Below, piece by piece: positions 31,670-46,969 of a stretch of 64,000 nt of DNA; the first letter of the stretch is position 1; the number at the start of each line of letters is the position of its first letter. A program made the translations under genes and the position numbers. Source of the stretch: the human T2T-CHM13v2.0 reference genome, Homo sapiens; NCBI RefSeq assembly GCF_009914755.1, contig NC_060937.1. One strand, 5' to 3'. The notes beneath the pieces were generated by a model that had not been told where the DNA came from, ran no database searches, and worked only from the letters and a program-made list of their open reading frames with translations.

Positions 31670-32770
31670 TGTGATACCATAAAAAGATGTCTGGTCTTTG
31701 TCCCTGGTTCCTAGCACAGAGCTGCTAAAACCCTTGAAACTTCAACTGATAGAGGTGACAAGAGCTTCTTTTGTTCTAATTGTCTCAGTGGGCTCCTGGA
31801 TAGCCTCAGGATGAGGGCTGGTTGCCAGAAAGACCATGCCTTGATTAGAAGCTTGGAAGTTCCAGCCCCACCCCCAATAACCTCTGGGGGGATGGGAGGA
31901 GCTGCTAAAGATTGAGTTAATCAGCAATGGCCAATTATTTAGTCAATTGTGCCTATGTGGTGAAAACTCCATTAAAACCCCTAAATAGGCCAGTGCGGCG
32001 TCTCGCATCTGTAATCCCAGCACTTTGGGAGGCAGAGGCAGGCGGATCATCTGAGGTCAGGAGTTTGAGACCAGCCTGGCTAATATGGCAAAACTGTGTC
32101 TCTACCAAAAAGACAAAAAATTAGCTGGGCGTGGTGGTATGCGCCTGTAGTTCCAGCTGCCCATCCAGGAGGCTGAAGCAGAAGAACCGCTTGAACCCAG
32201 GAGGGGTAGGTTGCAGTGAGCTGAGATCACACCATTGCACTCCAGCCTGGGCTACAAGAGTGAAACTCCGTCTCAAAAACAAAAATAAAAACAAAAAACT
32301 CTAAGTGATTGGATTTGGAGAACTTCTGAGTTGGCAAACACATCTATGTGCTGGAAGGGTGGCACAGCCCAACTCCAAGGGACAGAAGCTCCAATGCTCA
32401 GGACTCTTCTGGACCTCACTCTATGTACCTCTTCATCTGGCTGCTCATTTTTATGTTTAATAGTATTCTTCATAATAAACCAGTAAACATAAATAACGTG
32501 CCTTCCTGAGCTCCATGAGCCTTTCTAGCAAATTATTGAATTTGAGGAGTAGGTCGTGAGAACAGAAGTAGAAGTGCCCCAGACTTGTGAGTAGCATCTG
32601 AAGTGGGGTCAGTCTTATGGGACTGAGCCCTTTAACCTGTGAGATGTGATGCTGATTTCAGGTACATAGTGTCAGAATTGAATTGAATTGTTGGACACCC
32701 AGTTGGTGTCAGAGAGTTGGAGAAGTAGTGTTGGAAAAGACATGGAGTTTGGTGTCAAGAGGAAAAAAAC
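31670..32770 (+). mobile_element. MER21-family LTR interrupted by an Alu (31988 to about 32298)
   Basis: TGTGATA...GGTCTTTGTCCCTGGTTCCTAGCACAGAGC; GGGGCTGGTTGCCAGAAAGACCA-like motif; GTCAGAATTGAATTGAATTGTTGGACACCCAGTTGGTGTC. Confidence 0.8.
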
Positions 32771-34702
32771 TGAACAGCTCCCAAGGTGATGTCCCCAACT
32801 TGGTGTTATGACAATCGCCACTCTCTCTCTATACTGAATAACTCCTGTTTCTCTTCTCATTCTTTTGTGGGTCACTTCACATCTGTATTTTAGTTGATAA
32901 CTATTCTCTAAGCTCCAGTCTTTGTGTCTACCTGATTACTGAACATTTCTTTGCAGATGGTTCACCTTCACTTCAAATGCAATTTGTCCAAAATGGAAAA
33001 CCAGATCTTTTCAATTAACAAGCTCTTCTCTCTGACTTCTCTAACCATGGTACTTAGCCATTCAGATTCCAAACTTCAGAATCATTTTTTTAGTTCAGTC
33101 TGGTTAATCCTAAGTCTTTTTGATATATCCTTCATCCACCTTATTTTGCTAATTCTGTAGCCACCACTCTAGTTCATTTCCTTATTATGTCTAGACTATT
33201 GCAAGTGTCTTCAAGCAAGTCTCACTATCATCTGTCTAGACTCTTGCCAGTACATGCTGGACTCTGCCCTTAGTCTCTTCTTAGTGGGCTACTTAAATGA
33301 GTGTCAGTCTCTCAACACACAATGGTTCCCACTGACTACAGAAGAAAGTACAGCTTTGTAAAGTTGCCATTTAAGGTGACAAGAGTCTTGCCACAACTTC
33401 GTTACTTGTTCTAACATTGTATAGTCTAAAGTTAACTTCAAACATTTGAATAAACTAAGGGTTGTTATCTAGTGGGATAATAGAAGAATACGTTGATTCC
33501 AATCATTCAAAGGTCCCTTAAATTCTACACCTGTAATGTTTCATCTTGCAGTATCTTCTCTTCTATTACCACTGCCCTACTTCAGTTTCTTCCTATTGTC
33601 AGTTGGTTCCCCAAGGTCCTTCAATGAATCATGCAGCTTCCCTGAGAGCACAAAACACATGCATCTCAAAATTTGGGGTTTCCCGCTTTCCTCTCTTTTA
33701 ATCTCATGTTTCTCCCAAAGTAGGTGTCAATGTACACAGCAGGGAAATGGAAACAAGACTTGCCTACTCTGTAGAGCCAAAGAACATGACAATTTAATTT
33801 AAACAAGATAACTCCAACATCCGTTTGACTTAATGCTAGTAAAATGCTATTTCTGAAAATTATATTTTCATTTGTGTAAAACAATTATGCCACAGCTATT
33901 TTATTGTTATTGCAGTTGGGAAATTTTTTTTTGGGAAAAAAAGACATAAAGCATGTTTTGGTCCTAGCTTCTTCAAGTAAAATAAATGATGTATGTATTT
34001 CTATGCCTAACATTCTTCCAGTAGATGACCAGAAGTCCTCAGGGCCCTGGTGGCCTCCTTTCCAGTGGATCTGGTCAGCCATACCCTTTCTTCCTTGGCT
34101 GGGACTTGGGTCCTCCCCAAGGCCAGTGCCCCATTGCTGGGCTTGCTACTGGCCTCTCCAGACAGCTTTCCTGTCTTCTCACCCCATCTTTGTGTGCTAG
34201 CAATACTGTTCCTGACATGATGAACTGTGGCCACATTGGTCTACTTGCCATCCTGCAAATATCGCTTGCTTCACTGACTTCATGTCTTCTTCATTTTCCC
34301 CCTTTTCTATTTCTACTAGTTTGGAGTCTTCCCTCATTTCATGACCTCTATTGAAATCCCACCTTCTCCCTGAAACCATCCTCAATCATCCATGTCAGAG
34401 TTTTCCTTCACCAAGCACACTCCAAACTGTTCAATTCATCTGGACCTCTCCTATAACTGCCCTGTTCAGTAATTATTTGTGTGGTTACTTGGTAGGTGGT
34501 AAAGAGCTGTACTAAAGTAAGATAACATTATTTGTAGTTTTATCTTTTCAGAGATTTTGTGAGTTCCTGAAGGGCAGAAGCTGAATTCTCAGCCTTGTTT
34601 CATGCTCTAGCATCTAGCACAGCATCTTTTCAAAGCAGAAGATGAGGTGTTTTAGCTTGGAAGTGTAGAGCAAGGGGAGGATTATTGGCAGTGCAGTGCC
34701 AC

Positions 34703-35375
34703 TGAGACATGAGAATAGGGTCTGGAGGCAGGGAACCTAAGGCCGATTCATGCTAACTTCCTAGAACTAAATCAAAAGGAAAACCCCAACTTTCCACATC
34801 TAAGTAATAAAAGGACCTGAGACTACTCCTTTTGCAAACCCCCACCCCCTTTTCTGTGTGGTAGATGGAAAATTGAAAGTATCAATGATTGGTTGCTTTC
34901 CACAACCAATCAGTTTGCATAGGAGTGTAACTTTGTAACTTTGCTTCAGCCCGATTGGTTGCTTTCCTCAACCAGTCAGACTGATTGCGGGTCAAGTCTT
35001 TGTGTGCATAGAAGTGTAACTTTGTACCTTCACTTTAGCCTCTGATTGGTTGCTTTCCACAACCAATCAGACGTTTGCATAGGGTGTAACTTTTGTACTT
35101 TCACTTAACCCTCTGATTGCGGACCACTACTTCATTTGCATAGGGTGTACATTAAGTGACCAATGGGAACCTTTAGAGGGTATTTAAACCCCAGAAAATT
35201 CTGGAACTGGGCTCTTGAGCCCCTATGCTCAGGCCACTCCCACTCTGTGGAGTGTGTACTTCTGTTTTCAATAAATCTCTGCTTTTGTTGCACCATTCTT
35301 TCCTTGCTTTATTTGTGCGTTTTGCCCAATTCTTTGTTCAAAACACCAAGAACCTGGACACCTTCAACCGGTAAC
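34703..35375 (+). mobile_element. MER51-family ERV1 solo LTR
   Basis: TGAGACATGAGAATAGGGTCTGGAGGCAGGGAACCTAAGGCC ... CAACCGGTAA; three CTGATTGGTTGCTTTCC-type units; probable TSD CCAC. Confidence 0.88.
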
Positions 35376-35715
35376 CACTGCCAATACCCAGCTCTCCTCT
35401 ATTCTGGGACAGTACTTTCTCCCCCTTCAATGAAACATGAGCAGAAGTGACTTGTGACACTTTCACTGGGAGCACTGGATTGCTGGTGCTTGGCTCTCCA
35501 GCACACCCTTCCCCGGCAACAACGATTGTGGAGAACTTGAGTTGAGATGTGGCCAGACTAGAGCACTAACAATGGGGAACAGCTGGCCTGGAGGGTCGCC
35601 CGCACTGCAGCAGGCTTGGCATGACTTGGCATGACTTAGAAAGCCTTTGTTACGTTAAGCCACTGAAAATGTTGGGTTGTTTGTTACCATGGCATAACCT
35701 TGCCCATCTCATACT
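35376..35715 (+). mobile_element. MLT1-type LTR fragment
   Basis: Ends TTAAGCCACTGAAAATGTTGGGTTGTTTGTTACCATGGCATAACCT, the typical MLT1 3' terminus. Confidence 0.6.
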
Positions 35716-35920
35716 TATTATTTTAAATCTCTAATGATTGGGGGTAAAAGGTGACTTTGAGCCCGAGTTGGCTTCTTAGAAATCTGGCACCTCAAATACA
35801 GCAGATCTAAAACTAAACAGGGAGTAACCAAGTGCAGTGGGTAAGAGAAAGGATTTTGGAGTTAGGTTGATCAGGATTTTTGTACTGGCTTCCACAATGT
35901 ACAAATTATGCGTCCTAAGC

Positions 35921-37063
35921 TGGCAGTTTTCAAACTTTGTGGTCTCAGGATCCCTTTACATTCTGAAAAATTGAGGACTGCAAAGAGCATTCGTTTATGT
36001 CGGTTACATCTGTGAATATTTACTGTATTAGAATTAAAACAGAAATTTAAACATATGTATTAATTCATTTTAAATGAACAATAATAACCCTATCATATGT
36101 TAATATGTTGTTTTTATGAAAAATACATTTTCCAAACAAAAAACTTCATGCGAAGTGTATCATTGTTTTACATTTTTGCAGATCCTTGTAATGTCTAGCT
36201 TAATAGAAGACAGGTAGATTCTCATAATTTGTTTCTTCATTTTATTTATTTTGGATGACGTAAAGGAAGAAAATGCAGCCTCACACAGATACGTAGTTGA
36301 AAAAGGGTCATTTGGAAAATACTGTTTCTTCAAAGTATGCAGATCTTCCAAGGGTTGAGACATTTCATTACACAATATTTTAAAATCAAATTTGTGAACA
36401 CCACCATTGATCTCATTAAAAAGTCTTTAAGGATGGGGAAGCTGTTAAACTCATGGCAGCACATACAAGTTTTCCAAAATTCTAATTTCACTTGGAAGGT
36501 TGATTTGTATTAATGTAAACAAATTACATCAGTTGTTTTCCTTGAAGTGACAAGCTCTTTTTTTGAGAAAATACCCAGCCCCTAAACCTGAATAACCTGA
36601 ATAAGTTTGTCAATTTTTTAGTCAATTAAACATGGCGTTACATGAAAAATGCAGCTAGTTCAGCTTGCAACTCAAGCAATCTCACAAGTGTTTTTTCTTG
36701 AGACATCATGCTTTAATACGTAGAAGTACTTTTATGCTTACCCCTCAACTCGTTACACAAAATATTACAAAGATGAATACTCAAGGGTGTAATTTAATAA
36801 ACTTAGTAATTTTTACTGCTTCATCAAGGACCTTGTAAGTGAACTTGGCTTATTTTGTTTTCCCACTGTAAGCATAGTTTGGTGCCACTACCTTGACTAG
36901 TGCTACAGCAGTAGATAGCACTTTTATCCATGATTGCTTTTGCACTATTGGTGGAAATACACACGCAGTAAAAGCAAGTAATGTGTTAGTATTGCTATAA
37001 AAGTAGTTTTGACCTTGTAAACCTGGATACCCTGAGTGTCAGGGACCCCTAAGAGAATCGCTG
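35921..37063 (-). mobile_element. Charlie1-like hAT transposon deletion derivative inserted into a MIR
   Basis: Terminal GAGAATCGCTG; TSD-like TCCTAAGC / TCCTTAGG; relic ORF 36160-36375 contains PFSTTYLCEAAFS, the hAT C-terminal dimerisation motif. Confidence 0.8.
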
Positions 37064-37620
37064 TCCTTAGGCAAGCTACTTAATCTCCCTAAAGTAAGAA
37101 TGATAGTCATAAAGCTGTTTGGAAAACTAAATATTATTCAACATGAAATAAAGTACGTATAGCACTTAGTATAGTGCATGGTATATAACAAGCATTTCAG
37201 TAAAGATTAGCTATTACTATGCATCTATTGATAATGTGAGGGCATTGCTGTCACTTACACTAGCAGTAATGATCATCTTTCCTTTTTCTCCACAAACTCA
37301 TTCCTCTGGCAGATCTCCGTTTTAGTTAATTGCCTCATTTGTCTCCTCTGTGGCCTCTCTCTTTGCTCCAGCATCGACTCACTCGCAAGTATAATTGATC
37401 TGACCCTCTGTTGTGCCCTCACAGCAATCCTTTCCCTTCTATTCCTGTTGCTACTACCTCCGTTAAATAACAGGGTTTCCATTAAAGGCAGTTCTGGCTG
37501 TTGGTATTTGACCTGCCTGAGACTCAGTTTACTAATCTTGTAAAGTGGGAACAGTAGTCCTGTCATAGGTTTTTCTTTTTTTGGTGTGGGGTTAACTGAA
37601 ATAATATATTTGAAAGTAAC

Positions 37621-37919
<299 letters not shown>

Positions 37920-39200
37920 TCAGTACATACATGTTAGTTTTCCTTCATTTCCCCTTTCCTCATAATTTTTTCTAGCCAGTCTTTTTTCTTTCTTTCCCCT
38001 CTCTAATCCATCCACAACATTAACACTGAATTAAACTTCTCACAGCACTGATCAATCATTAAATCAGTACCCAACTCACGTGAACTGAGTGTTCATCATG
38101 TGAATTCATCACAATTGAAATATTCATTATTTTTCTGATAGGGGTTGCCGAGTTAGGACACCAGGTAGGCCTTACGAGCTACAGTCTTGTAGTGGAGGTT
38201 TTGGTCATCACCTGCTGAAACATCCTTCCATCTATCCACTGCTCATTGCCCCACTCAAGGGAAGGCCATTCTCCTAGCACGGTGCCCAAGCCCCTGCTCG
38301 GTACGGTCCTAACCAGCCTCCCCTCCATGTTCCCTCTTGTGCTGGCCAAACTAAACAGCTCCTCAGTCTCTGAACTCTCGGTCTTCCATGGCATTTCTTG
38401 CTTGTCTCCTCTGCTTGGAATGCCTTCTCCCCTTCTCTCTTGGCAACCGCGCCATCTCGGTGAGGCCCCATGCAGCCCCACTGATGAATGTGCTTTCCTT
38501 CTCCTTGCCCTTGTTCGTACGCTTCTTAGGGGATTTCCATGTTCCAGGAGGGTTTATGGCTATTTCTGTATGTCCTGGTCCTCCTAACTAGACTGTGATC
38601 TCCCCCAGGAAAATGCATTTTCCTCCAAACTCAGCATGCCATATGAGGGCCTCATACATGCAGTTAGTCCGTGATACATTCGTCACAAACACATAAAATT
38701 TTTGTTGAGCTTATTAAGCAAGATCCTACATCTGAAAGCAGCTGTTGTAAAATGAACAACTACTTATTAGCAACAGCACCAAAAACACCAACACATTTTG
38801 TGTGGGCTGCTGAACAGTCATGCCCCACGCCTTCTGTTCTTAGTGAAAGTCAAATGCAGACACTTCCTGTCATGCCTGCTATGAGTGATTCCTGATCTTT
38901 ACTGGGAACAGAAGGATATGTGATTCTACAAAGGAGAGCGAAACAGCCAAGTAGATCATCTATTTCTGATTAGAAGTTTCTAGGATAGCTTTCTTGTAGA
39001 CAGGCTTTATATCACTCTGTGTCTTCAAATGTCAATGGCTTCAGATTTCTGGGCTTTCCTGGGGGGTCTGCTGAGATGGTAACCTGTTATATTTCCTGGA
39101 TTTTGGTTCAGGGTTGTTAGGCTGTGAGAATCCCTTTGTTAAGCTTCTTTGAATAAAAATCTTGGTTGAAAGTTTGGTTTGACAGAATGGGTTTTGCCTA

Positions 39201-39516
<316 letters not shown>

Positions 39517-41864
39517 TTGCCTATAATTTTTGAATAGCTTTGGAAGCAATGTGAGACAAGCTCCCTGAGGGCATTAAAGAAACCACCGTATGTCATCAAA
39601 GGATTCTTCCTGAGTACATGCAGTGGGGCTGTGGCTCTGGGTCCTCTCTGAGTGATGAAAGTTTTGCTCCCTCTCTTCTCTTCCTGTCTCCCTCTTCTCC
39701 ACGGGGATCATAGATTATCTTCCTTCCCAAAACGCTAAAGCGTAAGGTACAAGTGATGAGTCTTTCTCCTGTAACCCCCTAGTGTGCACTGATTGTGGGG
39801 TGTGAGGATGGTGAGCAGATGATTAAAGTACTGTAGCATAGGTCTGATATTATAATGACCTTAAGTCCCGGAGACCCTGTTTTAGACATTCTATTTTACT
39901 ATTAAACCTTAAGACCTGATTTTAGGTTTGGAAAATAATCCTCAAGACCACTCATAATTCATAAACCTGCTGTTTTATGCAGGAAGAGAATAGTCCTCCT
40001 GAATTGTGTTGACTGCTAATCCACTTTAGGCCTGACACTGAGTGAAAGGGCACCGAGAGTGGGAAGAGTTGGAATATGCCCTTTGGGCTTTGCTAGTATA
40101 GAAACAGGGTGCCTGGGAGGCCCCTTCCAAGTCACAGGAGAGAGGCAGCAGGCTGGAGGGGGCACAGTGAGAAGCTGTTCCTCCTTGCAGCCCCTCTCCC
40201 CACCCGCCACACTACTGTTGATTTGCACATTCGTGCTGTGCCTCAGCCTGGGGCGCCTGTCCTCCTTTCTCAGCTCAGGAACCTGCTATTTCTCCTTTAA
40301 GATCCTGTGCAACAGTCGCTTCTTTTCTTACAGATTCCAAAGGCCCTGAGAGATTTTTTTTTCCCTGTGTGTTCCAAAGTGTGCTGATCTACGCATGCCA
40401 TAGCATTTATAAGAAGGTAGCAAAGTTAGTTATGAACATTTTTGTCTCCCAAACTGGACCGTGAGTTCTTGGGCCCAGGACCATGTTTTATGCTCTTTAA
40501 TATCTGCCCCAGAGCTTAGCAAAGGGCACATCAGCTAGAGGTGCTCCCTATCATTTGAATGAATGGAGTTCAGCCTTTTGGGCCTCAAGGATAACTGTTG
40601 TAAGATCAGAAACCATCTGTTTGGAACTTGTTCATTAGATTATTTGGCTCTCAGTGGTTTTAGTATGTCTTTATGTTCTCCTTTAGTATTTAGAAAATTA
40701 TCTGTAAAATTACCAGTCTGTTTTAACCAGGTTGCGACAGTGCCTTCCCCAACAAAAGATGGCTCCTTGCTTCTTCCCCTGTCCCTCAACAAAGAAAGTT
40801 TCAGGGGCCAGCATGGAGGTGACAGCTGGGATTGAGTGAATCCCAAGAAGATGGCTTGCTTGTTTTCATATCACAATCTTAAAGTTTATAGGATTTATTT
40901 TTTTTCTACTTAGAGTTGTTCCTTTACAGTCAATGTTATAGGCAAGCAGTGCCTATCATGTATCTGTTAGTATCCTCATCAGTACGTTGCTCTAGGAAAC
41001 TCTCCTGACATGTGATTGGGAGAGAGAACTCCCAGCAAGTCCATTTATCATATGACTAGAGTAAGTGAAAGGCAATTCTTTTTAAAATGTGAGTTATGGA
41101 GCTTTGTAATGTGCCATTTATCTATGTCTACTGTGGAAAGGAAGGACACCAGGGCAAGTTTATTACTTAAACGGTGTGTTCTCTGTTGTCCTTAGGGCTT
41201 AATTTTCCACACCTTGTTCTGGAACATAGTGATACTCTAACATGATGAATTTCCATGAAAACATTGATTAAGCACCAGGAGTTGCTTACCCACGTGGAGT
41301 AGGCATTTGACCCTGCTTATTAGTCTTCTGTGTCTAATTAAACAGTTTGGTTAAATGTTTACTACCCCACATATGCAAGGAATATTTTCTTGGAAAAAAG
41401 CGAAAACAGCTTTGGAAATTGGAAACAATCTAGAACTACTAGGCAGGTAAGCTTGAGAATTTCCCAAGGATAAAAGCAATGAATTCAGTCAACCATAGAT
41501 TTGAAATGCTTCACTAAGAAATGAAATGGAAGGATCCCTACATTTCTTTTTCCTCCCATCAAAATGGTATTGACAAGAGACCATAAACCTTGGGCGAATG
41601 GAACAAAAGGGAACTATTTGCACTCACACTAAATGGATCACACGTGAAATATTTAGTTCCCAGTTTTAAGAAGTCAATATAAACCACACAGAGAGAAAAT
41701 TCTTTGTCTCCAGGCCTCCTTTTCAAAACAATCGCAGCAGGTATTGCACAATTGCAGACAATACTGTCCTAATGCATTAGAGCCTAAGTCCCCTAAACGC
41801 ATTCAAGTTAAGAGGGCTCAAGCCTACAAATGTTTATTCAGCACCTGCTTCTCTGTCTCCAGGA

Positions 41865-41910
41865 CATCCTACTTGTATTCCCAGGGCCATCCTACTTGTA
41901 CTCCCAGGGC
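41865..41910. repeat. 23-bp tandem duplication
   Basis: CATCCTACTTGTA(T/C)TCCCAGGGC twice. Confidence 0.9.
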
Positions 41911-42679
41911 CTCCTCCTCCTTAAATGTTTAGCAAGTAGGTGAATGTTGTATGTCCATGTGAAAGATACTGGCATTCCTAGGGTGCTTAGCAGAGTTGCA
42001 GTCACATAGTAGGTATCCAACAAATGAGTAAATATGAAGGAAAACATAGAAACTGCCTTCAAGAGGTCATGGGCTAAACTAGGGCTGGGAAAAGCACTTG
42101 GTCCTGTGCACTTCCTTGGAAACAGAAGTGAGCCAAGGCTTGAGGGAGGCACGAAGGAGTTCAGAACCACTGAAGGGAGCCTCTAGTTCTTACTTGTAAT
42201 GCTTTCCCCTTCAGTGCACCACACAACACAACAGGACCAGTCCCCTATCAGGGCCACCACTCTACCGGGCTGGGGAGGAAAGCCCTTCGCAGTCCTGCGG
42301 GAACAGGAGGCACTCCCACATTGCTCCACTTCTCTGTATTCCAGTTTAATTAATTTTTATATTTTGAATAAAATTACACCCACTCTCTTCCATTATGGTG
42401 AACACTTAAAATTACATTTATAGAAAATTACATTTACACAAACTTGTTTAAAAGCCAAATCCCAGACCTAGGCTATTGGCCAAATTCCATTTAAAGGGGA
42501 TATTAAGTAAATTAGTTGAGCTGATTAAAAACACCTTCATCAAAGTAGAGCATTGGTGCCAACAATATTAAGAGTTGAACTATTGATTACATTTTTTTTT
42601 CCACAGCAGATAATACATTAGCAGGGAGGAAAAGTGATTACTGCTCGCTTCCACTTCACAGGTAGAACTACTGATGGGG

Positions 42680-43940
<1,261 letters not shown>

Positions 43941-46900
43941 CTGCTGTAATGCCCATTCTTTTTTATTTCTTTTCTCCTCGCAAGGGCATTTCCCCCCTTT
44001 ATCTTAAAACGATGTGATAAAAGTTAAAAAAAAAAAAAAAGCAGCCTTGTAATTGACTTTCATGATCAGATTTGTTCAACTTTGAAAGCTTGAGCGAAAA
44101 ATTATTTTTTTTTCAGACTGCTACAGAGTTTTTGTCCTCTAACCCAGACTTGCTGGTGTGAAAAGGCAATGATTTCAGATTTTTTAGTAATGGCAGAATG
44201 GTGCAGTTTAGGAAAAGACGTAGCGTTATTGCGCACTGCTCTTGTTAGCCCACCGGAACCTTGACAGCCTGTTTTTATTTGTATTTAAGCTCTCTGAATA
44301 AGGATTAATTTGCTGCATTTGTGTACTTCTGGCATTTCTATAGGCGCTCAGTAAGTGTGGGAAAAGAGCAAGATTAGTTGGTAATTGTTTACATGCATGA
44401 TTAATTAGGCAGCAGTGTAATTAAAAATATTAGGGCACCTCCGGCAGAGAAGGCTGTAGTTGGTCTTGGGGAGCGACTGAATTTGGCTGGAATCGGCTTC
44501 AGTGGAAGAAGGGCATTGCTGGGTGGCAGCCCTGGGAGAAAGGGAGGTTGGAGGTTTGGGAAAGCGACTGGGTGACTCCTGGCTGCATCAGTTGGCTTGT
44601 TGCCTGGATGTTTTGCAACTAACCAAATGGGTGGGTGGTAGCTGAAATTGGCATTCTATTTATAGCACTGCACTTTATAATGCTGTACTGGGGGTATAAT
44701 ATTTGTATATAATATATACAACATATGGGCTGAAATGCACATTTGTATTGCTGTGTCTATTTTTTATTACCCCCAGGGGAATATTTGCACTGTCCAAATT
44801 TGATAATACACTGAAGGACATTCAGAATGCACTAAGATGTCAACACATTTTTAGAGATGTCTATTAGCCTTGTGAAGTTGTCAGATAAGCACAATAAATA
44901 AGACATAAAATGCATTAAAAGGTCCCTGTGAGACATTTGGGCTTTGGGAACTGGCTTTCATGGGTTGGCACAGACGGGAGGCTGTATTCTTCGAGGTCTG
45001 AAGTGAATCATGAATACCTTTTATGGAGCTCTGCTTCGATTTAGGGGAAGGGCACCGACACGTATAAAGATGTCCCCACTTACGATGTTCTTGGAATCTT
45101 GCTGAAACAGAATGTGACAGGCGTTCTGTCACATGTGAACAATCTTGATAGTTTATAAATACCTTAAATATTCCCATATAAGATTGGCCTGACTATATAG
45201 TTTAGTTTCCCCACAAACTAGAGCATATTTGTTTATATTTTTAGAGAAAAGTCAATATAGAAAATTTCTTTTAAACCCACATGCATATACAGACACGGTT
45301 CACTGCAACTTTGGTTCTAAAGTCTGGCACCAGTTTCAGAATGAGAAGATTGAGTCAGGCCTCCAGGTTACCATTTGTTAGCTGTGTGGCTTTTAGTGGC
45401 TTTGAGCTTCAGTTTTCTCATATGAACAGGGCGAATGGACTGGATAGAATACTAGCACTTTGCCACCTCTTACAGTTTTAACATACTGATCCCGTTGTAG
45501 CAGAGATTGACAGCCACCTGCGAAGTAACCCTTTAGCCCTTGTTTTCCTAACAAAACTAATATAATCTGGGTTGGGGGGAAGGATGGTGGGGTGGTGGTG
45601 GCAGCGGTGGCAGCAGCACTGTGAGACATTTCTCAGTGGCCTTTGCATATAGGGGCAGCTAGTGCTCTACAGAGATATCTTTAGAGATTGTTTGGTGGGG
45701 CTCCTGGTAAAGATCATTCAAGGTGGCTGACTCAGCTGGGATGCAGGCCTTTTTGCTCTGTGTTATCCTCCTTCCCATTGCCTATTAAGTGGATCTGAGG
45801 GATGGAGCCATGGTGGCCATCTTGTGACCATGAGGTGACCTTGAAGATGGAAGCCAGTAGTAAGGATGGTAGAAGAGAAAGATAGAAGAAGCCTGGATGC
45901 CAGATGGATGTGGAGCATCATGTCAGCTCTGCATTTCCTGTTTGCAGACTTGTATTGCATGAGATTATATGCAGCCAAACCTAATCCTATTGCCAAACCT
46001 AATCCTAATTGATAGAAGAAGCTTATTCGAACCAATGATATTGATAAAATAATAGGTATTAGCTTTTATTTTTCACATGCCTGTCTGTCACTTCCCTGTG
46101 TGAGCCAACTTTGTATTTCTTAGCACCTGCCAAAATTGGGGATGGTTTTTCATTCTGAGCCAGGTCTTGCCCAGATTCCTTTCATTGCAATGAGTCAGAA
46201 ATTTTAGGACACCAAGAGTCAGACCTAATTCCAGGTTGTTTTGTGTTTTTTGATTCTTAAAACCTTCTCTTTATTTCTTAAGCAGTATGCAGATATTACT
46301 GGCACAGATTTTAATCTTCTGGATGGATTCTTTGTCATCCAGGTAGTCCAGGACCTCCGAGTTGGCATGGCCCCCCAGGTCATGGACTTGACCCAGGGGA
46401 GTTTGCCAGTAGCCAACAGCTAAGCCAGTGGGAGGGAGGGAGAGCATCTGTTTCAAATAGCAGTGTGAATTCGAAGGAGGTGTTTTGACCCCTTTGGTAA
46501 CTTCCTGCGGGACAAACATTGTGGGCTCGGTATTTGAGCACTTCCTTATAATTGGCTCTTTTGGAGCCAGGTTTTTTTGGTGTGTTTTACTAGACTCATT
46601 ATGAAGCAAGCAAGCAAGCATAATTTTTAGGCATAAAGGTACTACTTAGAGAAAATTTGCAAATGTTCTGTTTTTCCTCTTGTAGCATTATGTGTGATCC
46701 ATCTTTGGCTTTGCACAGATTACTTCTTAAGAACAATATATGGGAGTCCCCATAGGTTAATCTCATCTTTTCCATGATAAAGGAAAAGTTGTGAGTTTCA
46801 AGGGTTCATCAGACCTATTGAGGAAGTTCTTCCTTACTACCATGATTTCAAAGTTCTAGTCACTAAGCAACTCCCAAAGAAACCTGATTTAACGTAGGCG

Positions 46901-46969
46901 TTGACTTGAACTACTAGAAGAATGTCAATTTAAAAATAGTGTTAAAAAGAAAAACTGCCCAAAGCCTCT

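Noticed and set aside
36160-36375. ORF with a hAT transposase motif as a domesticated gene
   Set aside because: Short relic inside a deleted Charlie element; no catalytic core.
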